Shown here: positions 12,700 to 29,460 of the stretch, piece after piece
Position numbering within the stretch: position 1 is the stretch's first letter
Layout of the letters: every line of letters begins with the position of its first letter
DNA from: Camelus ferus
Lineage: Eukaryota
Length of the DNA stretch: 64,000 bases
Direction: 5' to 3'
NCBI RefSeq assembly: GCF_009834535.1
Contig: NC_045696.1
Coordinates: forward strand, 96,660,001-96,724,000
Translations under genes and position numbers: made by a program
The notes under the pieces: generated by a model
What the model was told of the DNA's origin: nothing
Database searches by the model: none
Seen by the model: the letters and a program-made list of their open reading frames with translations, nothing else

Positions 12700-13450
12700 C
12701 GGGGGACTGCAACTCATACGCACAACGGGATCCCATTTCACACACACTCGGATGGCTAGAACCAAAAAGACAGATAATAACAAGTGTTAGCAAGGACACA
12801 GAGAAACTGGAACCCTCATACACCGCTGAAGGGGAACAGAAAATGGTGCAGCCGCTTTGGAAAACAGTCTGGCAGTTCCTTGAAAAGTTTAACACACAGT
12901 TACCATATAACCCAACAAACAATCCATTCCTAGGTATTATAAATACCCAAGAAAATTGACAGCATATGTCCACACAGAAACTGGTACACAAATGTTCACA
13001 GCAGCATGATTCATAACAGGCAAAAGGTGAAAACACCCAGATGTTCATCCACAGATAAATGGGTAGATAAACGGGGAGGGTCCACACAATGAACTATTAC
13101 TCAGCCATAAAAAGGAATGAAGTGCTTATACATGCTACAGTATAAATAAAAACATTATGCTTGAAAACATTATGCTAAGTGAAAGAAGAACCACATGTCA
13201 TATAATTCCATTTACATGAACTGTACAGAATAGGTGAATTTATAGAGACAGAAAGTAGGTGAGTGGTTGCCAGGGGCGGAGAGGAGAGGAAGACAGGGAG
13301 GGACTGTTAATGGATACAGGTTTCATGTTCTAAAATTGATTCTTGTGATGGTTGCACAATTCAGTAAATATACTAGAAACCATTGAATTGTACACTTTAA
13401 ATGAATTGTATGGTATGTGAATTATATCTCAATAAAGCTGTTACCAAAAA
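12700..13450 (+). mobile_element. Old L1 (L1MB-like) 3' end
   Basis: ORF2 C-terminal remnants, then 3' UTR ending tatatctcaataaagctgtt. Confidence 0.85.
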
Positions 13451-13537
13451 ATGTTACAATAGATTGTTATCTAAAACCCTATTAGCCAATTTTTGGTTTT
13501 TTTCCCTCCTGTAATTATCTTCATCCAGTACTGGTAA

Positions 13538-13723
<186 letters not shown>

Positions 13724-14185
13724 TAATGCTGAGCCTTTGATATTGAACTCAGAGAGGCCCATTTAATTAAAGAGCTTTTTGTCCTACTTAATTAGAGAGC
13801 TTTTTGTAAAATGAACCTCGCTTTCTCAAAATAGATAAATTTTGAAGATGTGGTCCCAGTGAAGAAGTAAGAATTGGTCAAAGCAAACCTGTTACAGTTC
13901 CTGGTGGATGTGATGAAAGTCAGAAGCTTTCAGAAACTCAGTGAACACACTGACTTACAGCAGAAATTTACCAATCCCAAATTCCCAGGGCAATTCAGAA
14001 TTCCCACATTAGAGAAATCTGTCCACTAAACAGAGTAGAAAAATACGCACACTGATTAAATGACTGTATTTATAAGTAATAACATAAAAATAGTAAGAAA
14101 TGGTATTTGAATAGTAAAAATTTATAGTATACTGTTTTAAGCTTCAAACACATTTCCGATTTATGCATATTTTTTGATTTTGTAG

Positions 14186-14253
14186 AAAACAGGAGCGACA
14201 AATGGCCAAACACTATGCAGTATTAAAACAACAGACTAGTTTCTCCGAAGAAG
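14186..14253 (+). CDS. ERICH6: ERICH6 exon 9
   Basis: ttgtag|A AAA CAG GAG...GAA G|gtaagt; KQERQMAKHYAVLKQQTSFSEE; 68 nt. Confidence 0.92.
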
Positions 14254-15049
14254 GTAAGTTCATTGACGCGCATGTTATATACAGTTATACCTCAGAAAGC
14301 TCATATGCTTGATCAAGAGCTAAAACTGGCATATTTAAAAAACAATATTTAAAACTTTCACTTCAGTCAATGCATTGGTTGAAATGGCTCAGAAAATCTG
14401 GCTGAAATTTTTAAGCGTTCAACTCACCGTCGTTACTGATTGAAATAAATCAGCAACATCCATAGAGCCCTTCACAGACAGCTGTAAAGAGCTTCTGAGT
14501 TCACCGTCTCTCGTTTTATCCAGCACACACTCCATTTTTGTCTTCAAGCTGGGATATGGAAAATCTGCCAAAAACAAATCAGATTCCTGTCTTACAGATG
14601 GCCCGGCCCTGTCAGTCGGCTGGCCAGTAAAGCTGTCGTGCTGGTGGTATTGAAGGAGCCCTGACTTTAGCATCAGAAGTTCTGGATTTATACCCCTGCT
14701 TTTCTCCTTAGAGGCTGCCCAATTATTTAATCTTTCTAAGCAACGGGCTCCTCCTCTACCACTCAGAGCTATTGAAAAGATACTTAGAGAAGATAGATAT
14801 ATTGTGTGTGTGTATTTTTAAACTAAATCCCTAGTGCAAAGTTCCTTTGTGTTCAACTGTTTCCTATGAGAACTAAGGCCAGAATGGAATGGAAATCATC
14901 ATTTTTGTTCTTTCAGCAAAGGAATGTTCTCTTTTTTTAACAAAAGAGAGCCCTCAATTTAATTTAATGAAGGTTCTCATTTTTCTCCCATTAAAAAAAA
15001 TGTCAGATGAATCAATGCATTTGTAAGAGAGTTTGAAATTTCATTTTAG

Positions 15050-15268
<219 letters not shown>

Positions 15269-15609
15269 TAATTTTTAATACCCTACTCTTTAAAAATCAG
15301 TTTGACCTAAAAGTATAAAAGCTATCATGATGAATAAGGCAGCTTGGCTACATGACACATTTAGCTATTTGTCAAAAAGAACTGGTACAGACTTGGCCTT
15401 TTAACTTCTACTATACTTTATAATAATGCTTTACATACATTTTATGAAGGTTTATTTTAGTTAAAGCCTTTTACTTAAAAATGTGATAGCTGTATAGTAA
15501 GGAAATTTGGAAGCCTTTAAAAACTAAAAAGAATGGGAGAAAATCACTAGAAGTCTCACCCACATCCCAAAAATCATTATTAATATTTATTAATATTTCA
15601 ATATTACCT

Positions 15610-15808
15610 AGATCTGCACTGCCAAGTATGGTAGCAAATACTCCACATGGCTATCTAAATTTAAAATAATTAAAATTAAAATGTAATTCTTCAGTCACAC
15701 TAGTCACATTTCAAATGCTAAACAGCTTGACTAATGGCAACCATATTGCAGGGCAGATACAGAAAAATGTTATGGTAATAAAAGTTCCATTAGACAGCAT
15801 TGTTCTAG
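15610..15808. mobile_element. MER3/MER33-like hAT-Charlie element
   Basis: cagtcacactagtcacatttcaaatgct...aaagttccattagacagcattgttctag. Confidence 0.65.
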
Positions 15809-16249
15809 AGTTTTTAAGCACAGGTTTTTGTTAACACACTTGGAATTATATTATAATTGTAATTTTTATCTCTTTTTAACTTAATTATCAAGAATTTTTC
15901 CATGATATAATATAGCTTACATTAACATCATTTTAGTATCTATGTACTTTTTCATCTAGTTTATTTAACCATTCCACTGGTATTGGACATAAAGGTTATT
16001 AAATCTTTTGCTATGCTAACATTGCTTTGAATATCTTTGTGAATAAATTTATTTTTATATAAGTATAGCTCCTCCGAATAGATCCCTAGAAATTAAGTTT
16101 CTGAGACCAGTTTTGTTTCTTTTGGGCGACAAAGAATTTAAGGGGTGACAGTGAACTGAGGTGACTAACAGAATCAAATCCAAATCCTGCCTGAAGGAAG
16201 GTCACTTATCCAAACCTCAAATTACTCCTACGAATTACCTTTCAAATTT

Positions 16250-17227
16250 AATTACCAGCACACAGTGAAAAATAATTAAAAACACAAGTAATCTCAACAC
16301 CACAACTGAAAACCCAGAGGAAATGTATCTGATAAGAAAAGACCTACAAAGCCTTTAAAAACTGAAGTAATCTAACTCTATTTATGAAAGCAGAAGATTA
16401 GCTTAAAGATATATATGGAGGGAACAGAAACCCATAAAGTGACAGACAGGTTTGAAAAGAAAATGAACCTTATAGAAATGAAAAAGGCAACAACTGAAAT
16501 TAAAAACTTAAAAGATGAGAGTTATATGCAGTTTAGACCCAACTAAAGAGAAAACTGATGACCTGGAAGAAAAGTTAAACAAACAAAACAGAACTATCAA
16601 AATTTACCATGGGGACAAAAAAAAGGTAAGGAATACATAAAAGTGTATATAATATGAAAACAGAATGAAGGGTCTAAAATGTATTTGTTCAAAATCCTAG
16701 AAGGAGAGGAAAAGATAATCAGGCAGAGGCAGTGTTTGAAGAGATAATGAATGATAATTTTCCAGAATTGATAAAAGAGACCAATTTACAGATTTAAGAA
16801 TCCCCATGAATCCCAAGCAGGATGAATTAAAAAAAAAAATCTTAGACACATCATAGTAAAACTGCAAAACACCAAAGACAAAAAGAAAACCTAAAAATCA
16901 GCAGAGGGAAGAAAAAGGTTCTGTTTAGATTTAAAAGAAAGCAGTTAGAAATCAGCCTCCCCAAAGCAACAATGGAAGTCAGAGTAGAATGTCTTCCGTG
17001 TGCTGAAAGAAAATAACAATCTAGAAGGCTGTGCCTAGTTAAAATATCTTTCAAGAAAATGTGCTCCAAATAGAAATGGTCTAGCAAAACAGTTTGTCAC
17101 TAGTAGCTTCTCACTAAAGGAAATTCTAAAGAATGTTCTTTGTGTAGTTGGATGGTCTGAGATTCAAGAAAGATGAAGAGTAAAGAAAGTGTTTATGGAA
17201 TATATGGATAAAACTAATAGCTGGCTG

Positions 17228-17293
<66 letters not shown>

Positions 17294-19640
17294 GCTCATG
17301 GAGTTTCAAGAAACAGTATAGAATAAAAATGCATGAAAAAATAGTACGTGATTTGGGAAGACAGCTAAATGCAGTTACCGTGTTCTAAAGCCTTTGGTTT
17401 AGGAGAAGGGCAAATACATAGCTTAACTTTCAGACTTTGATAAGTTAAGATTGCTTGATAAAATTTTTAGGGTAGCCAGAAAAATAAGAGAAGCAAAGAG
17501 TATAACTTCCAAGCTATCGGAGGTAGAGCAAAAAATAGAGTAACTTATTTTAAATACCCGTCAAGAAACAAGAAAGGAGATGGAAAAGGAAAAACACATA
17601 ACAGGGGACAAACAGAATGTCAGTAGTTATATGTAAGTACTTCAGTTAAAAAACAAAGACTGTCAGACAATTTATAAAAGGAAAAATTCCAACCATATAC
17701 TGTTTACGAGAGACATAGCTAAAATAAATACAAGATACAAAAAGATTAAATATAAATAAACAAAAATGATGTAGCATAAAAATACCAAAGAGCAACACCA
17801 GAGGTAGAACACCACTTCATAGTAACAGAAGTTTTAATCCACCAGGAAAGTATAATGTTACAAAATATTTTCCCATATTAACCTAGCCTCAAAATACGAA
17901 ACAAAATTTCACAGAAGTAAAAGGAAAAAAATTTAATCCATAATCATAATGGGATACTTGATAATTATCAAATAATTGATAATTGAGAGGACTATTAGAC
18001 TGAGGCGGAAAAAGCAGTAATACAATAGAATATTTCAACAACCCATTTCACAAATTTGACCTAATGTTCATGGATTGGAAGATTAAATATTTGAAGGATG
18101 GCATTCTTCCCAAATTGATCTATAGATCCGATGCAACCGCAATTCAAATTCTAACAAGATTTGTGTTTTCGGGGAAGGGAGGTCTTGACAAGTTGACGCT
18201 GGGATTTACATGGAAATATAAAGAACCTAGAATAGCCAAGACTTTCTTGAAGAAGGCGGCTGGGAGGGAAGGGAACATGCTCTATCAGATACTAAGATCT
18301 ATTACAAAATACAGCAATTAAGACAGTGTAGTGTGGGGCAGAATAAATACAGAAACCCATGATCCAGAATAGAGTTCAGAATCAGACTCATGCACACACA
18401 GACACCTGATTTATGACAGTGATGGCTGTACAGTGATGGTGAAAGGAAAACCTTTTCAGTGTAGAGTGCTGGGACAATTGAATATCCATATTTTTAATGA
18501 AATTGGAAGCATACCTTACGTCATGTAAAAATCAGTTCTAATGGATTAAAGACCTAAATGGGAAATGCAAAACTAAAAAGATTATTTTTATATAGGAGAA
18601 TAGCTTTATTACTTCAGGTTAGGGAAAGGTTTACTAACCAGTTCAATAAAGCAGCATCCATAAAGGATTTGATAAATTGCAATTAAAATCTGAAAGACAA
18701 GCCAAGACACTTCGCAGCACATATGATATACGAAGGATAAACTAAATGTATAAAGAATTTTTATAAATCAACACAAAAAAAGTCTACTTAATAGAAAAAT
18801 CGGCTAAAAAAAAACCCAAAAAACTTGACCAATTCTCAAAGGAGAAAATTCAAATGGTCAGTGAACACAGGAAAAGGTGCTCAACCCCATTAGTAACCTG
18901 GGAGAGAAAGGAAAGTTGAAACTACAATTACAGATCACTATGTATCTACACTATTGGCAAAAAAAAAAAAAAAAAAAAAAAGGTAAACTCTGATAGTATC
19001 AAGTGTTGGAAAGGATACAGAACCACCCTCACTATTATTTGCTTCTAGTGGGAATACAAGTTGGTACAACAACTTGGAGATCATATCTAGTCAAGTGGAA
19101 CACAGGCACATCTTGGGATTCGGCAGTTCTACCTCTGGGTCCAGCACACATGCATAAGAATGTTCAGAGTCTCATTGCTTGTAAGCCAAAACCAGGGAAC
19201 AACTCAAATATCCACTCACAATAGAATGGGTCATTAGATAGTGATGAAGTAATGTAACAGAATGCTATACACAAGTAGAAGTTACTGGACTACAGCTACA
19301 CCGGGACATGTATGAATCTTACAAACATAATGTTGACAAAAAGAAAATTTTTAAAATTCACAATGTATGATTCTATTTATGTAAAATTCAAAATGGGAAA
19401 AATTAAACTATTGTTTAGAGATTACAAAAGTGAAAACAACTACTATGGAATCAGACTAGTGCTTACGTCCAGGAAGGAAGAACGCTGACTTTGGGATAGA
19501 CACCGGGGGCACTTCTGGAGCATCAGCACTGCTCTGTTTCTTGACCCAGATAGTGATAACTTGAGTGTTCACTTCATAATTACTCATTAACAAAATAGCA
19601 TATTTTAGCACTGATCTGAATGTATGTCATATTTCATAAA
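16250..19640 (+). mobile_element. Highly decayed old L1 (ORF1, ORF2 and 3' UTR remnants)
   Basis: A-rich; ORF1-like aatcccaagcaggatgaatt...catcatagtaaaactg; ORF2-like ILPKLIYR...KEPRIAKTFLKK at 18064-18321. Confidence 0.75.
17229..17292. repeat. (AAT)n microsatellite
   Basis: About 21 perfect AAT units. Confidence 0.98.
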
Positions 19641-20189
19641 AGTGAAAAATGTATTATCTTTCAAAATAAATGGCAACATTTGCATGAAAATTTAAATTGT
19701 TTAATGCATTGTTTAGCCCTAGGAATTCTTGTATCTGTTTTATTACAATTTAAAATTAGGAATAAATAGAACTAAACTGAATCTTTAGTTTATTATAAAA
19801 CATTGTTGAGTACAAATCCATTTCCATATTGAGTATTTTACACAGAAAACAGTTAAACTTGGAGATATAATAAGGAACATCTCTTTGTACTCCTTTCGTA
19901 ATCTTCCCAGACTCCACTAGTGTTTTGCTCAAGTGAATTTCAAGAGGAGCCTTGAATACACCAGATGCTGCAGCTTATTCTGGAGTATACAGTTTATTGA
20001 AGTATAATTTACAGTAACGCTCACATTTTTAGATGTACTGCTCTATGAATTTTGACAGTTATGTAATCACCACTACAATCAGGATATAGAATATCTACAT
20101 TATGCCACAGCTGGATTTTTTTCAATCTTCTTTTGTTTTTATAGTAATATGTGGATAAGGTAAAAGTAAATAAATAAAAAATAAACAGA

Positions 20190-20653
20190 ATTTTAAAATG
20201 AGCAGAAGACTTGAATAGACATTTTTTCAAAGACATACAGATGGCCAATAGGCACATGAAAAGATGCTCAACATTGCTAATCATCAGGAAAATGCAAATT
20301 AAAACCACAATGAGATATCACCTCACACCTGTCAAAATGGCTATCATCAAAAAGAACACAAATAACAAATGTTGGTGAGGATGTGGAGAAAAGGGAACCC
20401 TTGTACACTGCTGGTGGGAATGTAAAATGGTGCAGCCACTGTGGAAAATAGTATGGAGGTTTCTCAAAAAACTAAAAATGGAACTACCATGTGACCTAGC
20501 AATTCCACTCCTGGGTATATATCTGAAAAAAATGAAAACACTAATTTAAAAAGATAGATGCACCCCAATGTTCACAGCAGCATTATTTACACTTGCCAAG
20601 GTGTGGAAGCAACCTAACTGTCCATCAACAGATGAATGGATAAAGAAGATGTA

Positions 20654-20699
<46 letters not shown>

Positions 20700-21062
20700 C
20701 AGAATACTACTGAGCCATAAAAAAGAATGAAATGTTGCCATCTGCAATAAGATGGATGGTCCTTGAGGGCATTATACTAAGCAAAATTAGTCAGACAAAG
20801 ACAAATACTGTATGATATCACTTACATGTAAAATCTAAAAGATAAAACAAACTAGTAAATATAACAAAGAAAGAAACAGATTGATAGATATAGAAAACAA
20901 ACTAGTGGTTTCCAGTGGGGGGAGGGAGGGGAGAGGGGCAAGGTAAGAGGAGGGGATTAAGAAGTACAGACTACTATGTGTGATTAAAGATTGTAAAATC
21001 ACTGTTGTTCACCTAAAACTTATATAATATTGTAATAACAACTATACCTTAATTTTAAAAAG
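20190..21062 (+). mobile_element. L1 (L1MA-like) 3' end with internal (CA)n at about 20656-20697
   Basis: gacatacagatggccaataggcacatgaaaagatgctcaac...caactataccttaattttaaaa. Confidence 0.88.
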
Positions 21063-21346
21063 AAAATACCTCGCATATGATCAGCTCTTCTTAAGTGTTT
21101 GCTATGATGATGACTTAAAATATAATCCTGACTGAAGCCTAATTACTGTCATCTATCTTGCCTATTGAGTTAAAAAAAATTTTGTTTCAATAAAAGCAAA
21201 CAACAAAAAACCCTTCCAACAGATATGTAACATCAGACACCTGCCAGAAGGGTTTTATCAAGTTTTCTGCAGGGGTTAGGGACAATCTTCAATGACTCCT
21301 AAAGACTGTTCCCTGTTGCTGATACAGAACCAAACATTTAAACTAA

Positions 21347-23369
<2,023 letters not shown>

Positions 23370-23609
23370 TAGGCTTCTAAGTTCCTCCTGCTGCCATTTT
23401 GTTTCTTGGATTTTGTGAAATGTTATTTTTCCCTTTTATTTTTTTCAACTTTATTGAGATATAATTGGCATATAACATGTAAGTTCAAAGTGTGCAACAT
23501 GTTGATTTGATACACTTATATAGTGCAAAATGATTACCACCAAAGCATAAATAGCTAACACATGTATCATGTCACATAATTACCATTTATTTTTTGTGTC
23601 AAGAACATT

Positions 23610-23715
23610 TAAGATACATGCATCCCAATATTCATAGCAGCACTATTAATAACAGGCAAGATATGGAAGCAATCTAAATGTCCATCAACAGATGACTGGA
23701 TAAAGAAGTTGTGGC

Positions 23716-23765
<50 letters not shown>

Positions 23766-24250
23766 ATATATATACACACACAGATATATACGATGAAATA
23801 CTACAGAGCCATAATATGGAATGAAATCATGCCATTTGCAGCAACATGGTTGGACCAAGAGATTATCATACTTGGTGAAGTAAGTCAGGAAAAGACAAAT
23901 ATCATATGATACCACTTACATGTTAAATCTTAAAAATGACACAATTGAACTTATTTACAACACAGAAATAGACTCACAGATATAGAAAACCAACTTATAG
24001 TTACCAAAGGTGGAAGCAGGGGAAGGGATAAATTAGGAGTCTGGGATTAGCAGATACAAACTACTATATATAAAATAGATAAACAACAAGGTCCTAATAT
24101 ATAGCACAGGGAACCATATTCAATAGCTTGTAATAAGCTATAATAAAAAGAATATGAAAAAGAATATATATGTATTTATGTATAACTGAATCACTTTGTT
24201 GTGCACCAGAAATTAACACAACATTGCAAATTATACTTTAATTTAAAAAG
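23610..24250 (+). mobile_element. Younger L1 3' end with (TG)n, nested in an older antisense L1 fragment (about 23435-24345)
   Basis: MPFAATWLDQEIIILGEVSQEK frame; flanked by aagatac direct repeats; older L1 resumes after 24250. Confidence 0.8.
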
Positions 24251-25133
24251 ATACACTCAACAACTTTCAAGTATATAATACAGTATTAACTATAATCATT
24301 ATGCTATATATTAGATCCCCAGAACTTATTCATTTTATAAGTAAAAATTTTATTTTTCCCTTTTAAATGACAAAAATATATTTAAGAAGATTTATTTACA
24401 TTAATGGTCTTTAGATCGTAATATTCAACTCAGAGAAATTTCTGATTTATATCATTCCATATCCTTCTCAGGGGAAAAATCCTAGGCAACTATGTAAAAG
24501 AAAACTCATCATATTTTTTTTATACCAACAGCAAGAAAATATGAACTATATGATTTTAATATTAGAAAAAAACCTCTAAATAAATTATATGGTCACCCTA
24601 GGAATTTGAGATATGAACCTAAGCCTCTCTAGAGCCTATGCCTTGATAATGTTAAACTGCCACATCTATGGAAAAAATTTGCAATGGACAACTACTATAT
24701 TGTGTTGTTACTGTTTGAGATATATTCCTAACAAGCTTCCTATAGCCACCACCACCAATAACATACAAACAAAATCTCTAGAGAAACTAAGATCCTGATC
24801 CCATTTTGATTTATTAACTTATATACTCTGTGACTTCATATTATTTCATTTAGCCTGAGAAAGTGAAATTGGGATTCTAACTTCAAATATAATTTAATCT
24901 TTTTAAGCTTTTCAGAAAGAGATATTCTCTCCCTTTAAATTATTTACAGGTATAACAATCTCATCTTGAGAAACTCTGCCAAAAACTGACAGAGTTTGAA
25001 CACTCTGCCAGTACTCGAGAAAGTTAAGACACAAAGAGGTATTTGTGCTTCTAGTCCAAAACAGAAGTCAATCCATTACCCTCAAGTATACTGGAGAATT
25101 TCTACTTATTCTTCAGAGTCAATAACAATTCTA

Positions 25134-26850
25134 ATGCTTTTGGATTTGAAGACTCAATATTGTTAAAATGGCCATACTGCCCAAGGCAATCTACAGATTT
25201 AATGCGATCCCTATCAAATTACCCATGACATTTTTCACAGAACTAGAACAAATAATCCTAAAATTTACATGGAATCACAAAAGACCCAGAATTGCCAAAC
25301 CAATATTGAAGAAAAAGAATGAAGTTGGAGGAATAACCCTCCCAGACTTTAGATAATACTACAGAGCTACAGTAATCAAAACAGCATGGTACTGGCATAA
25401 AAACAGACATATGGATCAATGGAACAGAATAGAGAGCCCAGAAGTAAACCCAAAGACCTATGGTCAATTAATCTTTGACAAAAGAAGCAAGAATATACAA
25501 TGGAGAAAAGACAGTCTCTTCCACAAGTGGTGTTGGGAAAACTGGATAGCAGCATGCAAATTAATGAAGTTACAATACTCCCTCACACTATATACAAAAA
25601 TAAAACTCAAAGTGGCTTAAAAACTTAAATATAATACAGACATGATAAACCTAGAAGAAAACACAGGCAAAAGATTCTCTGACATAAATCTTAGCAATGT
25701 TCTCCTATGGCAGTCTACCCAGGCAATAGAAATAAAAGCAAAAATTAACAAATGGGACCTGATTAAACTTACAAGCTTTTGCACACCAAAGAAACCCATA
25801 AGCAAAACAAAATGACAACCTACAGAATGGGAGAAAATATTTGCAAATGATGTGACTGACAAAGGCTTAATTTCCAGAATATATAAACAGCTTATACAAC
25901 GTAATAACAAAAAACTAAACAACCCAATCCAAAAATGGGCAGAAGACCTAAACAAATAATTCTCCAATGAAGACATACAAATGGCCAATAGGCATATGAA
26001 AAAATACTCTATATGGCTAATTATCAGAGAAATGCAAATCAAAACTACAAGGTATCACCTCACACCAGTCAGAATGGCCATCATTCAAAAGTCCATGAAT
26101 GATAAATGCTGGAGAGGGTGTGGAGAAAACGGAACCCTCCGACACTGCTGGTGGGAATGTAATTTGGTGCAACCATTATGGAAAACAGTATGGAGATTCC
26201 TCAAAAGACTAAAAATAGACTTACCATATGATCCAGCAATCCCTCTCCTGGGCATATTTCCAGAGGGAACTCTAATTCAAAAAGATATGTGCACCCCAAT
26301 GTTCATAGCAGCACTATATACAATAGCCAAGACATGGGAACAACCTAAATGTCCATCAACAGATAACTGGATAAAGAAGTTGTGGTATATTTATACAATG
26401 GAATACTACTCAGCCATAGAAAAGAATAAAATAATGCCATTTGCAGCAACATGGATGGACCCAGACCCAGAGAGCATCATTCTAAGTGAAGTAAGCCAGA
26501 AAGAGAAAGAAAAACACCATATGATATCACTCGTGTGTGGAACCAAAAAAAATAAAAGGTCACTATGAACTTATCTACAAAATAGAAACAGACTCACTGA
26601 CATAGTAAACAATCTTATGGTTACCAGGGGATAAATTTACAAGTTTTAGATTTGCGAATGTTAGCCACTATATATAAAAATAGACTAAAATAAGCAAACA
26701 AGTTTCTTCTGTATAGCACAGGGAACTATATTCAATATCTTATAATAACCTTTAATGAAAAAGAATATGAAAATGAATATATATGTATATGCATGACTGG
26801 GACACTGTGCTGTACAGCAGAAACTGACACATTGTAACTGACTATACATA
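25134..26850 (+). mobile_element. 5'-truncated relatively young L1 (ORF2 C-terminal part plus 3' UTR)
   Basis: ORFs 25168-25356, 25411-25620 and 25981-26568 are L1 ORF2p pieces; TSD aacaattcta at 25124-25133 and 26852-26861. Confidence 0.93.
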
Positions 26851-28120
26851 AAACAATTCTATATTACATGTGGTAGGGCATGATATTAATAGTCACCAGA
26901 TGGTCACTGGCTTCTAGAACTTTTCCCCTACCAGTGAAGCCCTCTGACCCACCAGCTGAAATCCTGTGCCCTCTGATGTGACTCCCTGATGCTCTCTTAG
27001 CCCCTCTAGCTGCCTCTTATGTAGCAAACCCACATCTCCTGCTGGACTGAAGTTCACCCTGAATCTTTACCACTACATAACATGTTACCTGTACACAGGA
27101 TAGACTCAAAGAAAGTTTATTAAATAAAAAATTCCTCAAGATAATTTTAGCCCAATGTTATTTTAACCCACATAGCAAGATAAAACTAAATCTCCCTCTT
27201 CCCAGATACAATTAAGTTAATCACCTCAATTTCTCACTTGTACTTTTGCTGTAAGATTACTGCCACTAACCAAAACTGAGAAAATAAGATGTGAATTATC
27301 TTACTCTAGCTGGCCCTCAAAGCCAATTCATCTTGTTGAAAAAAATAATTTATTATCAAATTAAGCCACTACTATACCTGTTCTCTCTCCTCAAGAAAGA
27401 GATGGTGATCCAAGATGGAAAAAGGTAAGAGCGTGAGAAGGAGCTAACTGAGTAGAAAGGCGCTCACTAGTGCTGCTAGATCTGACAGCTCAGGGCTGTA
27501 TTTGTAGGTACTGTAGCAAAATGTGGCATTAGCGACTCTAAGAGATTGGGGAAGCCTCTTTGGTCTCTGTTCCCCCTTCTGCTCCACTACAGAGCTCTTC
27601 TGAACCACAGTGATGTCAGAGATGTTCCCTGAGCCTCTCCTGCCCACACCTGGTCCTGATGAGAGGCCTCCTGAAGGACTCCTCCCCACCCCCAGTTGTT
27701 GGGTATTATTAGAAAACTGCTCTCTGTACTGAGGTCAGTTCGGCCTTCCCCAGACTTATTCCCACTGGCCTTCATTTTGGCACAGTCTAAACACTGGTCT
27801 TCTCCCCTCTTTCAGGAAGAGCCTCTTTTCCTGTATTTCTTCTCATCCAGACAACCTTTCTGCCCCCTCTTCATCCTCCCCAGCACATCATTTTCCATCC
27901 TGGTTCCATCCTTTGGATCCATCTTGGTTTATCAGCAGGTCTTGAATTATATCCAGCACTTCAAATTAATATAGAATTCGGCCACAGTGTTATCACTCCT
28001 AAGATTACCTGAGGTTCTCCACTATTCATAATGCTATTGGCTAGTATAAACTGCTACTCCCCTTGGTTAGCAAATGACAGGGCTAGTTTCACGGCTGAAT
28101 TATAATGGTACTGTTTCTGA

Positions 28121-28387
<267 letters not shown>

Positions 28388-28699
28388 TAAAACAGTTTAA
28401 ACTATTTAGAATAATAAGAGTAAAATTATGTTATTACTGATAGATTATACTTGTGTGTAATTTACTGTGCACTACTGTGAATTCTGGAATTCAGTGAAAA
28501 AATACTGAAAGTTTCATATGGATTTGAGGCAGCCTTACAGTTTCTTCTTCCTTAGAAATTCCTTTTAGTTCAGACTTGATTCATAACACATTTAATGAGT
28601 GTTCCCTCTGTGACTGAGTAGTGCAGCTTTGGGGATTTGGTTTTAGGATTTTGTGTTTTGTTGGGTTTTCTGTGTGCTCTAGCAGAAAGCCCCTGGCTT

Positions 28700-29460
28700 T
28701 CTCTCCTGGCTCTGTCAGGAGAGCTGGGTTCTGACCCTGCATCTCCACTTGGTGTCCAGGAGGGCATTAGAAACTTAACAGAGCAAAATGAGATTTGAAA
28801 GCTCGCTCTACTTTCTGCCTTCTCCATCTCAGAAAATGGCATCTGCATTCTTTCAGTTGCTCAAATCCAAAACTCTGGAGTAGTTACCCTGCTCTCAGTT
28901 TTACAACCCCACATCTTTTATCTGCAAGTCCTGTAAACTCCAACATATCTCCAGACTCCTGCACTCCTTGCATCCTTCACTACTGTCACCTTTGTCTGCC
29001 TCATGTACCCAATATGCCTCTTGTTAGAATTATTACAATAGCCTTTTACTGAGTTTCCCACCTTCCAGTCTTCCTAAAGTCTATTCTAACGTGAAAGTGG
29101 GAGTGATACTTTGAAAACATAAGTCTAGTCAAAACTATCTAGTGACTTCTAATCCTATTCAGGGTAAAAGCCAAGATCCTGACTTGCAATACCACATGTG
29201 ATCTGGACTCTCTTCTTTTAACATTCCCTTGTTTCCTACCCACTCTACTCCAACCACACTAGCCTTTCTGCTGTGCTAGACAATACTAGGCATGTCCCTG
29301 CCACAGGGCCTTTGCACTTACTATCCCCTCAACTTAAAATGTTCCCCCTGCCCCATTTAGCACATAGTTGCTGCACTTCCTTCAGTTTTCAAAGTCCTTT
29401 CCTGACACCCTGTGTAAATTCGCAGCCCCCCTACCCCCACCTCCACCCTGATACTCTGTG
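28700..29460 (+). mobile_element. L2 LINE remnant
   Basis: gcatctccacttggtgtcc...caaatccaaaactctggagt...ccacagggcctttgcactt. Confidence 0.65.

Noticed and set aside
13762..13808. Short direct repeat ttaatta(a/g)agagctttttgt x2
   Set aside because: A two-copy local tandem duplication in an intron; not a CRISPR-like or other array.
25981..26568. 195-aa ORF as a novel gene
   Set aside because: C-terminal part of L1 ORF2p within a truncated element that has upstream stops and frameshifts.
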